A stretch of DNA of 53,694 nucleotides, the filler included, from Sluysia triapertura (taxonomy: Eukaryota): assembly GCA_046118255.1 (NCBI GenBank). It is 4 parts of 4 records of this genome, joined end to end, with 100 filler letters (N's around TTAATTAATTAA, not from the genome) between each part and the next. Parts side by side here need not be neighbours in the genome. Positions count along the whole stretch, not along the records: positions 37,455 to 53,694 come from JBJNIA010207923.1; 3 more parts are not named here. One strand, 5' to 3'. Positions 38,437 to 52,261 of this stretch are shown piece after piece. Each line of letters opens with the position of its first letter. Positions within the stretch are counted from its first letter, which is position 1. The position numbers were made by a program, and so were the translations under genes. The notes under the pieces are model-generated. The model saw only the letters and a list, made by a program, of their open reading frames with translations. It was not told the origin of the DNA and made no database searches.

Positions 38437-40060
38437 CAAGCACATTATCACTACCGGACTGTACAGGAACGTGTAAAAACGAATAAACTCGAGGATGTGC
38501 TAATATTTTAGCAATTCGATCCAAATGTGCTAATATATAAGGTGGATTGGTCATTCCTAATCGAAGCATACAACCCTCTGGAATACGTGACACCATTTGT
38601 TCGAGTAATTCAGCAATATTTGTGCCTATATCTAATCCATAAGCTCCAAGATCTTCACTAGTCAGCCAAATTTCTTGACAGCCTTCCTAAATGAAAAAAG
38701 ACGCCTATTTTAAGATAAATCCTTCATTTGAGGTTAATTAATTAATATAACTTACATTCAACTGCATAATGTATATATTTGATAATTTTACTGAAAAAAA
38801 GATAAATTCTCTTATGTAATTTGAGTTAAATTATTTCGTAACAATTTTAATGTAAAACTTACTGATTTACTTAAAATGGAAATGTCAAAATTATGCTTCT
38901 TTAGAAACTATTATATTTTATAAACTACTTGAAATATTTTATTTTCAGAAAATAAAATAATTTTTATCACTCTTAATAGCTAAATATTATTTATTTAAAA
39001 ATCATTTTTCATTTAAATTTGTCGATAAAATATTTTAACTTTTTTTTAATTTATAAAGCGATTGAAAACCTAAGATGATGAAATTATAATGACATCGTTT
39101 TGAATAATAATCAGTAAAATAGAGCAAATTCAAAACATTTTCTTATCCGTAAGATTCTATAAAACAACTGATAACTGAGTTAGAATTATATATAATCGAA
39201 AAAAATTATATATAATGAGATAATATGAAATGAAGTTTTATGCCTAATTTTATAAATTTGATACTTAACCTCGAAAGCTTGATCGATTCGTTCTAAAATT
39301 TCTTGTGGAGGATAGCTACCAAGATCTCCACGTGCATGTTTTGTTTTACAGTAGGAACAAGCATTTAAACAACCAGTATTTATAGGCAATATTTCAATTC
39401 TAGGATTCTTTCGAATTTTTGGTAAGTTTAATGCTGCACCACCAAGGCGTTTTCCACCCACTCGTTTTTTACCAAAAAGTTGAACTGAACCACCTTTAAG
39501 TGTCTCTTCAACAACTTCTACAACTCGATCTATTTGTTGTACTCCAACAACACTTACACCTCGGAGATATTCAGCTTTTGGTTGACCCTGTGGTACGCAA
39601 CCAGCAACAACCAACTTTTTATTATTTTTTTGTGCTTCTTTAACTAAATTTCTTTAGAAAATAAATAAAACAAAACTACAAACCTAAAATGATCTTCTGC
39701 AGGATTTTTTACAGTACAGCTATTTAATAACCATAAATCAGCATCCATTTTTGAAAAATTTGTATTAGATGTAACACAATCACATGAATCTGTATCACAC
39801 GACCCGCTCAAACTCACCTGAAATCCATATTTAAAAAGAAGTCCAGCCATATATTCCGAATCACTATTATTATGAGAACATCCCCAAGTTTGAATATATA
39901 TTTTTTGCATTCCAGGTACATAACTTTCCACTTCGATATCATTTTCTTTATTAAACTTAAAATTTCGTTTTCTAGTTTTGATTTCATTTGTATATTCTCT
40001 CCTACCATCAATATCATCAACTAATTCTTCAATATCAAAATTTTCATTCAACATTTGCAT
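38437..40060 (-). CDS. CDKAL1: tRNA threonylcarbamoyladenosine methylthiotransferase CDKAL1, exons 40060-39684, 39651-39270, 38686-38437; 3' part not seen
   Basis: [43 protein letters not shown], radical-SAM [38 protein letters not shown] and [11 protein letters not shown]. First intron is 32 nt. Confidence 0.93.
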
Positions 40061-41727
40061 TTTTATATAATATTCAAAAATAAACTACATTATTATTAAA
40101 AAACATAACTTACACATACCTTATATATCAGCGAATCACTTATTGTAAATGAAATTATTTAAACAATTTTAAAAGCATTTTTATTCTGTACAATACGTAT
40201 TATTCAAAAAATATAGACAATTTCAATGTACTTAACAAATTACTTATCGAAAATAAAAATATTTAAATTAGAAAACAATTTTATTTCATACAATATATGG
40301 ATAATTGTTGAAGTTGTGTTTTAAGTTAAAATTACAAAATAAATATACTTATTAAGCTTCATTTTTATACTATATATAAGTAATTTTAATACTATTTCTG
40401 CAAATAATTTCAATAATCAAAAATTTCCATTTTTCTCAAAATGGTTTCGTAAGAAAAATTAATTGTATTCACCGGGCCAGTATGACTTAATACATAAACA
40501 TCAGTTTTCAATTAAGATATAATATTATGGCAAGCTTAAACCATCATATTCCAATATTTAAAAACACATATTATACAAAAAGTTCATCATAATGATTCTG
40601 TTTGGAAGCTATCATAACCCTTTAAAATCATAACTACACAAATTTACGTATAACAATAAAAGCTGAGTAAATTTAGTGTTTAATGTTTTGTCATGCTAAT
40701 AATGTGGCGCTTTTTCTAAAACATGCTAACAATTATATATTTTATCGCTTTTGGATTCGCCTGCAGTCTGTGATTTATATCCAGCGGAAAACGCAGCTGC
40801 AGGATTTGAATAAATAGAGGATCTAAGAGTAACTGTCTTATTTCTTAAATGTCAAAACTAGTACCCTTCACATGCCTATTAACCTTTCCTTTTGTAACGA
40901 TTGTATGTAGATATATGTATATTCTTTGTATACATTTATTTATTTATTTTGTATTCATATTTTATCATTCATTTTATGTATTTTATTATTTATTTTAAAA
41001 TTATTATTTATTTAAAATTATAAAAATATAAAATTATTATAAAGTATTAAAAATTGTAAATTATTATAAATTAAAATTATTAAATTTAGATTAATTTAAA
41101 TTATTAAATTAAAAGAATTGTTTATAGAAATTAAAAATAAATAAAATGCCTGCTAATTAACAAATTGCTATAAATAAAGAATAAAAATCATTCAAATCGC
41201 ATTAGTACAATTGTCAGACACTAATTATTTGCACAAGTTATCACAAGTGGTTGATTATTGACGGTTTAATTACTAACGAATACGATTGTTTTTTTAACAT
41301 AGCTGGTAAGTCCAGTACGTTGGTGAATTCACATATTTAACTTACTTTATTCTAAACTTTTCTCACAATATGAATAATTAATTTATTTTAATTTGAATAA
41401 TTTTAATATAAGCTAATTGTGTGTTATTTCTAGTTAATTTTCAGCTGTCGCTAAAATAATTTTCTAAGAAACTCCCTACGCAATTTTTGTTGAACTTTAT
41501 ATTTGATTTTCAGCCTTTCTTAAAGTAGTTTTGTGAGAAATACCCTACGTAGTTTATTCTATCAAAGTATTAAGCATTTCTTCTTTAGATATTACTGTTA
41601 AGTTTTAAAAAAGGTATTTTTACAAAAGAATTTTATTTTAATCGTGATTACTCTTGATTAAGTTGACCAAGAATATTTAAGTAATATAAATACTATTAAT
41701 TTTATAAATATTGATATTGTTAGTGTC

Positions 41728-42072
41728 TGTTTCGTCACTCCTGGTTGTTTTATTTTAATTAGATTGTAATATCCTTGATATTATTATAAACGCTATTGTT
41801 ATTTTTGACATTTTAGTTGTTCTCAGTATTATTTAGTAAAGATTCTTATTGATAATAAATTATATTTCGATTTTTTGTTTAATATTACATTACTGTCTTA
41901 GTTTTGATTTGATTTTCAAGAACTTAAATTTGTGGTAATAGTTATTAATATTATAAAAGAAGACTACTGAAAATTATACTTGATATACTGACCATTTAAA
42001 TTATTAAGGTTTCTTTAAGCTAATCAAGTTAATATTTAGTTGTACTAACTAATAAATTTTAAAGACGCAACA
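41728..42072 (+). mobile_element. 3' module of the 1.6-kb family (TGTTTCGTC...GACGCAACA)
   Basis: Colinear with 44301-44643. Confidence 0.75.
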
Positions 42073-42233
42073 GTACGGGCAAGCAACTAATCACGTTTAT
42101 CAGCAAAATATCTGAAGTCATTATTCGAAAAATTTTATTTTTTCAAGTCTAAATTAGTAGTAAGTTAGCTTTTTTAATAAGTCAAAATCTTCATTTGGAG
42201 GAGTGATAAAATCATTCATAAATTCATCAAACC

Positions 42234-42530
42234 TTAGGCTGGTCTTAAGTCAGCCACAAATTTCTAATTCAAAGCGAGGATAAAGCTTAAAACACTTTAT
42301 TCATAAACAATTGTTTCAGATATCTATCATTTAAAAAATATTAATTTGTGGCATATGATGAAGTTTAAGCGAAGCGACTTGAAAAAGCTGACATATTTTT
42401 TGTCGAAAGACGGAATAAATGTGCCAGCGATTGAGAAGATTAATTCCGTGTGTGGCATCGGTATTGTGTCTGCAAGAAACTGCCTGCGAATAATTGCAAA
42501 ATTAATTGTTGGTAATTTCTACCATTGGTT
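42234..42530 (+). mobile_element. Mariner transposase 5' remnant
   Basis: TTAGGCTGGT TIR-like start, and LTYFLSKDGIN..AIEKINSVCG.GIVSARNCLRIIAKLIVGNF matching the mariner N-terminal HTH (I..VYG...VS.RTC.RWF.KF..GNF). Confidence 0.7.
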
Positions 42531-43016
42531 AAAAGTGAAGTTTTGTTTCTCAATTTACTAATTTTCTTTATTGGTTAAATAAATATTATTTTCTATCAGA
42601 CAAGACTTTTGTTCCTATATATCGAGATTTCAGACTAATTTAATTACTGAAAATATTCTAATAATTTCAATAAAGAACCAATAATAATAATGGTGATGCA
42701 TTTTTTGTTCTTAATATATGAATGGTGTGTCTGTAACTGTATCTACGAATATGTAACTCGAAACTTCGATTTTGTACTTAACTAATCGTCCATAAATAGC
42801 TTAAAATATCATAATACTGTAAATTAATAGTTGTTTTAACACAGAGTCAATTATTTAGTCATCTATCAGTATTAATGCTAATACTGAATTTTAACTTGTG
42901 ATAATTATTCACAAAAAATAATAAAAAATGCGCAATTAATATTTCGAAAACAAAAAATTTAGGTTTTCACATGTAAATATACATAAATTCATCAATAGTA
43001 AACATGGATGAATAAT

Positions 43017-44643
43017 TGTTGGTATTGCCCAAGTGTAGCTCAGGAGTTGAGTGAGATATATATAAAATGAAGGAAGAACTGATATCAAATGATGGATTCA
43101 ACATTATAAACATTGCTGGAATAAGAATCATGAAAATAAAAACAAATATAATAATGCTAACAGCCCAAAGACCTATACAATGGTTTGAGACCTTAAGAAC
43201 GTTTGAGATGGATTTGGAAAACCTTTAAAGGCATTAGGATACCTTTGAACTTGTGAACTTTGAGATCATCTGAAACTTCATTAACCTTTAAGAATTCTTG
43301 AAACATCGATAGGCATCTAAGATTTTCTACTAATCTTATAAAGTCTTTAAAATCTTTAAAATATTTGAGAAATAAAATCATTGCTATCGATGTTAAGGAT
43401 AAATCTAATATGAAGAAGTAAAAAAGGAATCAGAGAGGTGAAGATTAATGCCTTATAAACTACTAAATAACTTTAAATCCTCAATAAAAAACCTTTAAAC
43501 ACAAAATAGGATTAAGTCTAAAAATAGATTAATTAATTAAAATCTTAATTAACTTAATTAAGAAAAAGTTAACTTTTGAATGTGGAATTCTACGTTAAAT
43601 TTGAAACGGTATATATTTTTTAAAAAGACTTTTCGATGAAGATATGGTTATGGAATGTTGAATGATTGCTATGAGAGAGGAGAATCTATAAGTGAGTTTG
43701 CAGAATGGCTTGTTTGAGAATGAGAACTTTAAACATTTTCCATAAGAAAATTAGGTGTGAAAAACCGAAAATCAATTAAATTCGAAAAACTAAAATTAAA
43801 TTCATTATTTTCATGTATGTTAACAATAATAATGATTGTTATTTTAATGTGAGAAGTAATTTAAGGAAAAGTAGATTGGGTAGAGTGAAGGAAAATAATT
43901 GATAATCATAAATCAATTTTTGTCTTTTGTATCTAATAAAGTTTGACAGTCTGTACCACGTAACTATCAAAGTTATTATATTCGTATTAATTCTCAGATA
44001 ATGTTGCAGTGATTTGTGTGAGAGAATGCTTAATCAAAAATTTGGGAATAATTGGATGATGAGAAAATATAAAACTGAATACTTAAAAATTTTACTTCAC
44101 AGCACAACAGTAATAACAACAATTAATAATGCAAATGAGAAGATACATGCTTTAAGTAATTTTTGAATTTATTTTACAATTAAAAATAATATTATTTTGG
44201 GAGATTTTATTAAAATTGTTTTTATTTTTGTGTTGCTTCTGAGAAATTTATATTTGATTATTATTAAGGAATAATCGTGAATAATTAATATTTTTCTTAG
44301 TGTTGCGTCACTTTTGGTTTCTTGGGATAGATTGTTATGTTCTTAATACTATTATAAACGCTATTGTTAATCTTGTTATTTTAGTCAATTTTAGTATTTT
44401 TTAGTGGAGATCTATAATAATAATAAGTTGTATTTGACTTTGTTTAACCAGTAAATTATTGTGTTGTTATTGATTTGATTTTCAAAAACTTTATTTTGGG
44501 GGTGAATAATTATTATTATCAAAGCAAGAGAATTACTGAAAACTTATACTTGATACAGTGAGTACCTAAATTAGTGAGGTTCTTTTTAAGCTGATTAAAT
44601 TGATATTGATTTATCGTAGCTGCTAATTTTCAAAGACGCAACA
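43017..44643 (+). mobile_element. ~1.6-kb TG...CA element, full copy
   Basis: TGTTGGTATTGCCCAA...AAAGACGCAACA with flanks TAAT/GAAT. Inverted homolog of 9883-11496. Confidence 0.8.
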
Positions 44644-44707
44644 GAATCATTCTTATAAGTCAGTCCTGTAATTGCGTCCTCTTCAAGACATAAAACGCGA
44701 TATACAA

Positions 44708-44756
<49 letters not shown>

Positions 44757-46230
44757 TACTGTTATCAATTATTAAAATAATTTAATTATTTAAAATTATC
44801 TTTATTAATTAAAAATTATTAAAAATTATTATATTTGTTTCATAATTATACATGATTGGAATAATTAATTACCTAGATTTGAGTATTGTTTATATACTCA
44901 TATATTTTAAGGTCATTGACCTCATAAAACAAATTAATATGAGCTAACATAAATAGCATAACAAATAGAACAGACAGAACATATAATTTTCGATTAAAAA
45001 ATTATTTTAAAAGTTTTTTGATTGGTGTACAAATTTAATACAGTTATTCAACAAATACAAAAACCGTTCTTGTTATGTCACTTCTTTAAAGTTATTCGAT
45101 TTGAAAGGAATTGGAGTTATATTTTGTTTTCAAGCTTACGATTATATAAATTCAGAAGAAACTGTTAAAAAAAATCATTAGTTTATAATTTATATAATAA
45201 TTAATGATTTTACAAGTTTATTAAAATATATTTAAATTCTGTGTTATAATTTATTTATTATAAAATTTAATTGTAGCATAATTTAATTTTATAAAATTCT
45301 GAAAGTCATTATCGTGTCGATAATTTATAAATTGAATATTTACAGTTTATGATTATATTAGTTTGCGAATATTTACATTTTATAACTGTATTAGCTTATT
45401 AATTCGTTTAAATAACTTTTTATAAAAGGATTTTTATTATAATTAAGTAATCTGTAATTTCTAATTGTATGTTGATGTTAAAATAAATTAATTCTATACA
45501 TTGTTAATTCGTATGTCGTTGTTAAAAGGAAGTATTTGGTAACGTTCAGCAACAACCTTCAGCCCTTAATTGTATAAGCCCAACATCATAGGGGACTCAA
45601 TATAATATGTATAACAAAGTAAAAAGTTATCTCACAATATGTTGTACTAGCTAAAATTAGACATACAGTGCTCATATTTTCAGAATCTCTTAAGTAAAAA
45701 CATCATAATTCATAAATATAGTCTCTTAAGATGGTTATATTGACTGCTGTTTTTAACTGTCTTTTAATAGTATTAAAAATGCTTAATACAAAAACCATTA
45801 TTATAAAAACCATTATTATTATTATAACGATGTCTAATTGTAATAAAAATGAAAATTCTAATTCTAATTAGAATATTTGTAATTTTATTATTATTTTTGT
45901 TTATAGTAAAGTCATTGTTTCGCTGTATTTTGATTTTTGATACTGAATCAACCAATGTAAATAAAAACCAAAAAAATTATCGGTTGTGCAAAATTTTGAT
46001 CGAAAACAAAGGTAGTTATCACAGATTGGTAGTGAACATAGAATTTCAAACAATTAGAGAAGATGTAACGCACATTTTGCTACTGATAAGCCAAATCTGG
46101 ATTCAAATTATGTATCAACATTATTTCTAGGATCAACAAAGGAAGATCGAGATCAAACTTTTAAAGTTAAAATTAAAAAATTAGAAAAAATATTAGATAG
46201 ATCGTTTCTCAACGTTTCTAACGACACATT

Positions 46231-48860
46231 TAATGCTTCCAATACCGGATCAAAAATTCAATACCGGGATATCGGTTTTAATATCGGTATTAGATATTAT
46301 AAAAAATCCAAGCCTTACTGGGTTTTGTTTAATTTACTGATTTTTAATGAAAAATAAAATGTTACAAACAATTTTTACATTTTTTAAATAATAACAATAA
46401 AAAGAAAAGTATTAAACTGCAACAGATCTTTTTATTTCTTTAAATCACGAGAAATTGTTGTACATTCGAGGCAATTATTGCATATTTTTAAAATGCGATC
46501 TTAGAAAACACAACGCATCAACTATGTTGTCATTAAGCCTGGAACGTAGTTTAGTGCAAAAATTACCAGCAATCGAAAAAGCTCTTTCAGCTTCTACACT
46601 AGTTGGAGGAATGGTTAACAATACATGATATACAATTTCTAAATATTTACCTCTAAATCCATCATGTAAAAACACGTCTACTTCTCTCCGGAAGGTTGTC
46701 GATATATCTGATATAGGAATTGTAGTTGGGCTTGTATATATTTTGTTAATAATCGCTAATTCTAATCTTTCCTTAAGCGTAAGTTTCTTTTCATCATCAT
46801 ATTTGCTGTCATTCTCGTTCTCTATACCTTTATCCATTTCTTCTGAATGACTACAAGTATCCGGATAAAACTTTTCAATGAAATTTACTAAAAATTGATT
46901 AAATTTGAGGTTTTAAATATTTTCCTATCTTTTTCATTTTTGTAATTATTAAATTGTGTAGATACAGTAAAATATCTACTATTTGAATGTGCATTTCTTC
47001 TATCCGATTCTTTAAAGCAATATATAATTCATACGATAGTTGTGTATGCTGTTTCATTAGTGATTGTAACATAAAATTAATTCTCGCACCTGCTGTCAAT
47101 AGATTGGCATCTCCACGGCCTAATACCTCCACAGCTAGTTTTGTGGGAAGTAAAGCGGAAACAGTCCTAGATATTAAGTCAAATTGACCTTCGGAAAAAT
47201 CAATAGGCAAGTTCAAATCAATAATTGTTTTTTAATTTGATTTTTTAGTTTCAAAAACCGTTCCATCATTATAAGTAAACTATTCCAACGTGTTTAGAAT
47301 CTAATGACAACATATACCCTGTTCTAATTACTGTAAGTACGTATTTCTGTAGCAGTGTATTTTTAGTGGGGGAAAGTTTAAATATTTTGACGATTTTTCG
47401 AATTTTATCAATTACATCTTGCAAATCCTGATTACATGGCAGTTCTCCATAGAAAATTTCTGGTTCAAAACTAACATTATCAAAATCGCATTCACTTTCT
47501 TCAAAGTCAGAATTCGAATTTTCTATGTCCAGAATATTTACGTTATTATTTTTCGTGTTTTTTCGATATAATACATCTAACATTGCAAGTTGGATCCCGT
47601 GAGCATAACACAATTGTTGATTTGCTCCAATCAACTTTCCAACCTTTTTTTTATCATCGTTCCATCTGTAATTATGGAAACAATGTCTTCATTCAAAAAT
47701 AATCCATGGTGTGTGGTATTGGTCATGAGAACTTCAATACAGCTTTCGGCTGTCATACTTCCTGAAATATGTGTAAGTCCAATATTCCAAAATTTCGTTT
47801 CTGCATGAATATTTATATTTAAATACCGTCTGTTTCTAATATTTGTCCATTCATCAAATGTAAGACTAAATTTCTGCCCTTTTTCTTTCAATTGCATTAG
47901 CTCATGTTTCAATAAATTACGAACACCGTTACTATAGTTTATAACCATTTCTACTGTTGTGCTGATTGAAGTTTGGATATTTTTGTATCCTATTGCATTT
48001 AATGATTTTCTTAATTCTTCAGAGGTGCAAAACATCCGAAATGACATGCCATCCAAACTTGACACTCTATTTATGATTTCATCGAGGGTGTCTTTTTTTC
48101 AAAGTAATGCAAAATGCCCGAGGACACCGGTTATGGAACAGCAATTGGATTTGTATCTTCTGTAGAATTAATTCTTTTAGCCTTCAACATATCAGTACCA
48201 TATTTGGCCTTTAAATGTGTATGTAGATCCTCCACCCACCTTAATTATTCTTGAGCATTTTACACATTGTGCTTCCATATTCTTTTCATCAAATAAGTAG
48301 TGTTTCCAAACCGAAGTAGCATCATTCGATTTTTTATGTTCTTTGAAGTTATTCTTATTCATTTAAGGGGGATAATTATTTTTATTTATATATGAAAAAA
48401 AGGTGATTCCCCGTAGAGGACGTTTTTTATTTATTAATAGAAAAGGAAATGTACTATGATCGTATTGAAGTATTAAAAAATAAAAAACTATATAAATAAA
48501 CTTTTATCAAAAGATTAAAAGAATCATCAATGCTCCATCATTAACATTAAAACAAATATGAGATTAAAAGTATATAATGATACTATTGTATAGACGAGTT
48601 TCAGTACGAATGTTCAAATAAGAAAATCTAAATAAATTATCTTTTAAAATTGAAATATATTGTCGACATTAGATCGTAAACGATCTTAAAACATTCATAC
48701 GATATTTCTTCCTTCTTGATCACGCGAAATGTTTTAGAGAATTTAACTAAAATCTCCTTAAAAAGTTTCTGCTGATACCGAAAAAACGGTACTTTGAAGC
48801 TGCAAATACCGGTATTAAGAAATTGAAACAAGGTCCGGTATCCCGGCATTGGAAACCCTA
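46231..48860 (-). mobile_element. Near-full-length hAT DNA transposon, decayed
   Basis: Imperfect TIRs TAATGCTTCCAATACCGG / CCGGCATTGGAAACCCTA and subterminal ATACCGG repeats at both ends. No convincing 8-bp TSD. Confidence 0.85.
46475..48362 (-). pseudogene. hAT transposase, frameshifted
   Basis: BED finger (SVWKHY...AQCVKC), FSLTFDEWT, SIITDG, CYAHGIQL and dimerisation motif LTIPPTSVEAERAFSIAG...KLRSRL, spread over five or more broken frames. Confidence 0.92.
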
Positions 48861-49270
48861 GCACCATCATTCGCCACCAGTTTTTCAAATCGACCAGGTA
48901 TCGCATCAATTGAAATTCTTGCTGGATGAAAACCATAACTTCACGTATTCATGTACTCATCACTCCAGGGAATAGTCTTAAGGAGATCGGGCCGATCTCT
49001 AAACTTAGCTAACATTATCTCTCCAAATTCCTTACGAATGTTGCTGAGAGTGCTTGACAGTAGTGCGGCTTCCAATCACGTCATTGAAGCTCATTTTTTA
49101 GCACTAAAGGTACAGTTTCCCTTGTTGCTTGTCGAATTGACTTTTGTGGGCTACATGTAAGCACTTTTGTGTCTCTGGATTTGGAATGGCGACCGCTTCT
49201 TCGGGTATCATGCATAGATCCTGTGATCATGACAATTCTTGATCGTCTATGGGTCAATTTGAGCATGTTT
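48861..49270 (-). mobile_element. Tc1/mariner transposase remnant
   Basis: TGSMHDTRRSGR...SPQKSIRQATRE...WKPHYCQAL...LLKTIPWSDE. Confidence 0.7.
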
Positions 49271-50146
49271 CCCTTAACGGTTCTCCAGATTTCATATTTA
49301 ATATTCTAATATTTTTTAAAAATCAATAAATCATTTCTGTTTTATCTTACTTATTTGTATTGTTCCATTAATATTTTCGCATAATGGTTGTGACTAAGTA
49401 TTATCGTTACATAAATAGTTCTTTGATGTATTGAAATAGCTATTTTGAATTATTTATTGATATTACTTATCTTTTGGCAATATCATGTTACACCAAGAAC
49501 ACAGATAAATGGAATGATGATTTTTATATATTTGATAGAATAAGTAAATGTACTCTCATGTGTATTACGAAAAAAAGGAAGATCTTTAAAGACAACATAT
49601 TTCAAAGCAAGAATAGCTACAATATATGTATTTTCATAAGCTCAAAATGAGAACTTGTGCATTTAAATATGGAGAATTACAACTGTGAAATTATTTGAGC
49701 TTTTGATCATTCTGTTTCCATATTACCAATGACCTCATTATTTTGAAAAGAAGTAGAGTGCACGTCGGAATTCTAAAATAACTCCATTTGTATCGGGTTC
49801 GTGGGAACAACTTTTCGTAACTCTTATATTTTGAATTATCCTTCATTATTAACTGTAGTAGCACTAAGTAAGGCCCATTTTATGTTCATGATGTGTCGCT
49901 TGCGTCTTGTTTATAACTTTCTTACCATCTAATGTTACTAACTGTCGAAACAGTTCCATCAATATTCTGATTACTGCGTTATTTATTTATCAAAAAGGCA
50001 GTTTGTAAAATTATTTAAAACAAAAGTGTAACTTTTCTGTCATCATCGTAATCATCATCACCATTACCATCTTCATCATAATCTTAATCTTCATCATCAT
50101 CACTATCGTCATAATCATCTTCCTAGTGATGATGATGATGATGATG

Positions 50147-50209
<63 letters not shown>

Positions 50210-51819
50210 TGAGAGTAATATGAAGTTTTCTTAACAACCTATAATTATTATATTAAAGGTATTTTCGAAATGAAATTTTAAAACCTTTATATTAATTGGC
50301 TCTACTTTACAGTGAAAAGTTTTGTTTAATTGTTCTGAAATTAACGTTCAAAATTTTCTTCAGAATCTTTTTTTGTAAATTAGTTTTCTGCATGTTTTCA
50401 AGGAAATATAGTAGTTTCCTTTTCACGATCAACTTTTTATATTGTTAATTACTTCAATATATAATTACAGTATAAAATTGCCATTGTAAAAATTAAGTGT
50501 TTGAAAGTGTTTAAACGAACTCTAATCTGCTCTATCGCTAGAAATTAATAATTGCTTTAAAGCTATCAAGAATCAAAAGGTTAAATTAATGTTCATGTAA
50601 GCTTCTTTAATAATATTTACACTCTATATCAATATGATTTACTTCAATCACTTCAATACATAATTACATGTCATACGATATATTATGACATCCAAACATA
50701 TTACTGACTTTTTACTATTTCTACAAATTATTATTACGCCTATGTATCACCCAATAGTTTTAAAATTTACAAAATTCGTGCATTATAAATTTTCAATATT
50801 TATTTTGTGATATGAAATTTAATTTCTCTGACTTTGTAATTAAATTTGCTCATACATCATTACAAAATACTCAGTTATTAATTATTAACCATTATTCAAT
50901 ATTTCAATATTGACTTTATATTAAGAATGTTAAAATTCTGGATGATCGCATAAGAATTATTGACTATATTTTGAAATTTACTTTACTAGATTAGTTTAGA
51001 ACAAGATTTTCTGCGATATTATGATAACTAAATCCCGCATCAAATTAATCCTAACACTATTAAACAATTTAAAAAGTTTGAATCGAAAAAATAATACTAA
51101 CCATATCTAAAAGCACATACATGAAACAATAGTTTCAGCTTGTTACTCTAATTCAAACTGAAAATGGAATTTCTTTGAATATTTAAAATAAATCATTTTC
51201 TAAACTCCGTTAAAGTCTTATTTATTACTAATAACTTATTATTACATTAGCATAAAGCCACATATCCATTGTAATCTAAATTTAACTCATATTTAATTGT
51301 TTTATAATATTTCAATAGCAAAATTAAACTAAATAAATAAAAATGTTAATATTTTCGATATTTATTCCAATGAAATTGTAAAAACAATTAAAATACAAAT
51401 AAAATTCAATTACAAATGCCAACAATGTTATAAAATGCCAAGCAAGACCAAAACCAATGATCGATAAGAGATTATTTATGAATAATGAGGTGATATTTCA
51501 ATAAATTAAAATATTTGACATTTTAAAGTAATCAATAATTTAATTTTTATTATATTAATACAATGATTAAACATTAAGTATAATTAGTCATAATTATCGC
51601 AGATATTACACTATGACCAATAAATATTTTAATGACATTATAAAATAATTTTTCTATATTTAATTTCGCTCTGTCATTAAAGTCAAACAAATAATTTTAA
51701 TATATGTATTATCGTGATAATAAGACTAATTTCATTTATATTTTGATTAATTTTCTTTTGTAATATGGATTTGACCTTTTAATTATGTGTGCATCATTTA
51801 TTACTATTCATTTGTTTAT

Positions 51820-51890
51820 TATCGTGCATCTCCAAAACATAAGACCGATAATGATGTTTAAGACCTACCCCTAAAATAAGCCCTGATTGA
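51820..51890 (+). mobile_element. Possible Tc2/pogo-type terminus
   Basis: CGTGCATCTCCAAAACATAAGACC...TAAGACCTACCCCTAAAATAAGCCCT resembles CCGT...AAAATAAGACC/AAAATAAGCCCT ends. Confidence 0.4.
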
Positions 51891-52261
51891 TATCCAATGA
51901 GGATACCTAATAAAAGTCAATGAATAGCTTGAGGCGGCGATCAATCAATTCTTTAGCATATACTTCTGTATTTAAATTACAATACATTCTGAGATTTTCA
52001 TTGTCAAAGCATTCTGGTTCACTTTCAGACAATCCTCTAAGATTTTATTAGCAATTATTTGAAATGCGTTTTCATTAAAATTTTAAAAATTCTATTTTGG
52101 AAAATGTGGGCCCATTCTATTTTTTAAAATCACTTTCGTCTTAAGGCTTTTTTACTATTTATTTCTTTGAAATTAACTTTAAGACAAAAATCAAAAGGAA
52201 ACTCAAAGCTAAATGTAAAATAAAAAGTCATCACATCTTGGAAACAAAAAGATAATCAATA

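Noticed and set aside
46223-48868. 8-bp TSD for the hAT element
   Set aside because: Flanks GACACATT and GCACCATC match at only 4 of 8 positions.
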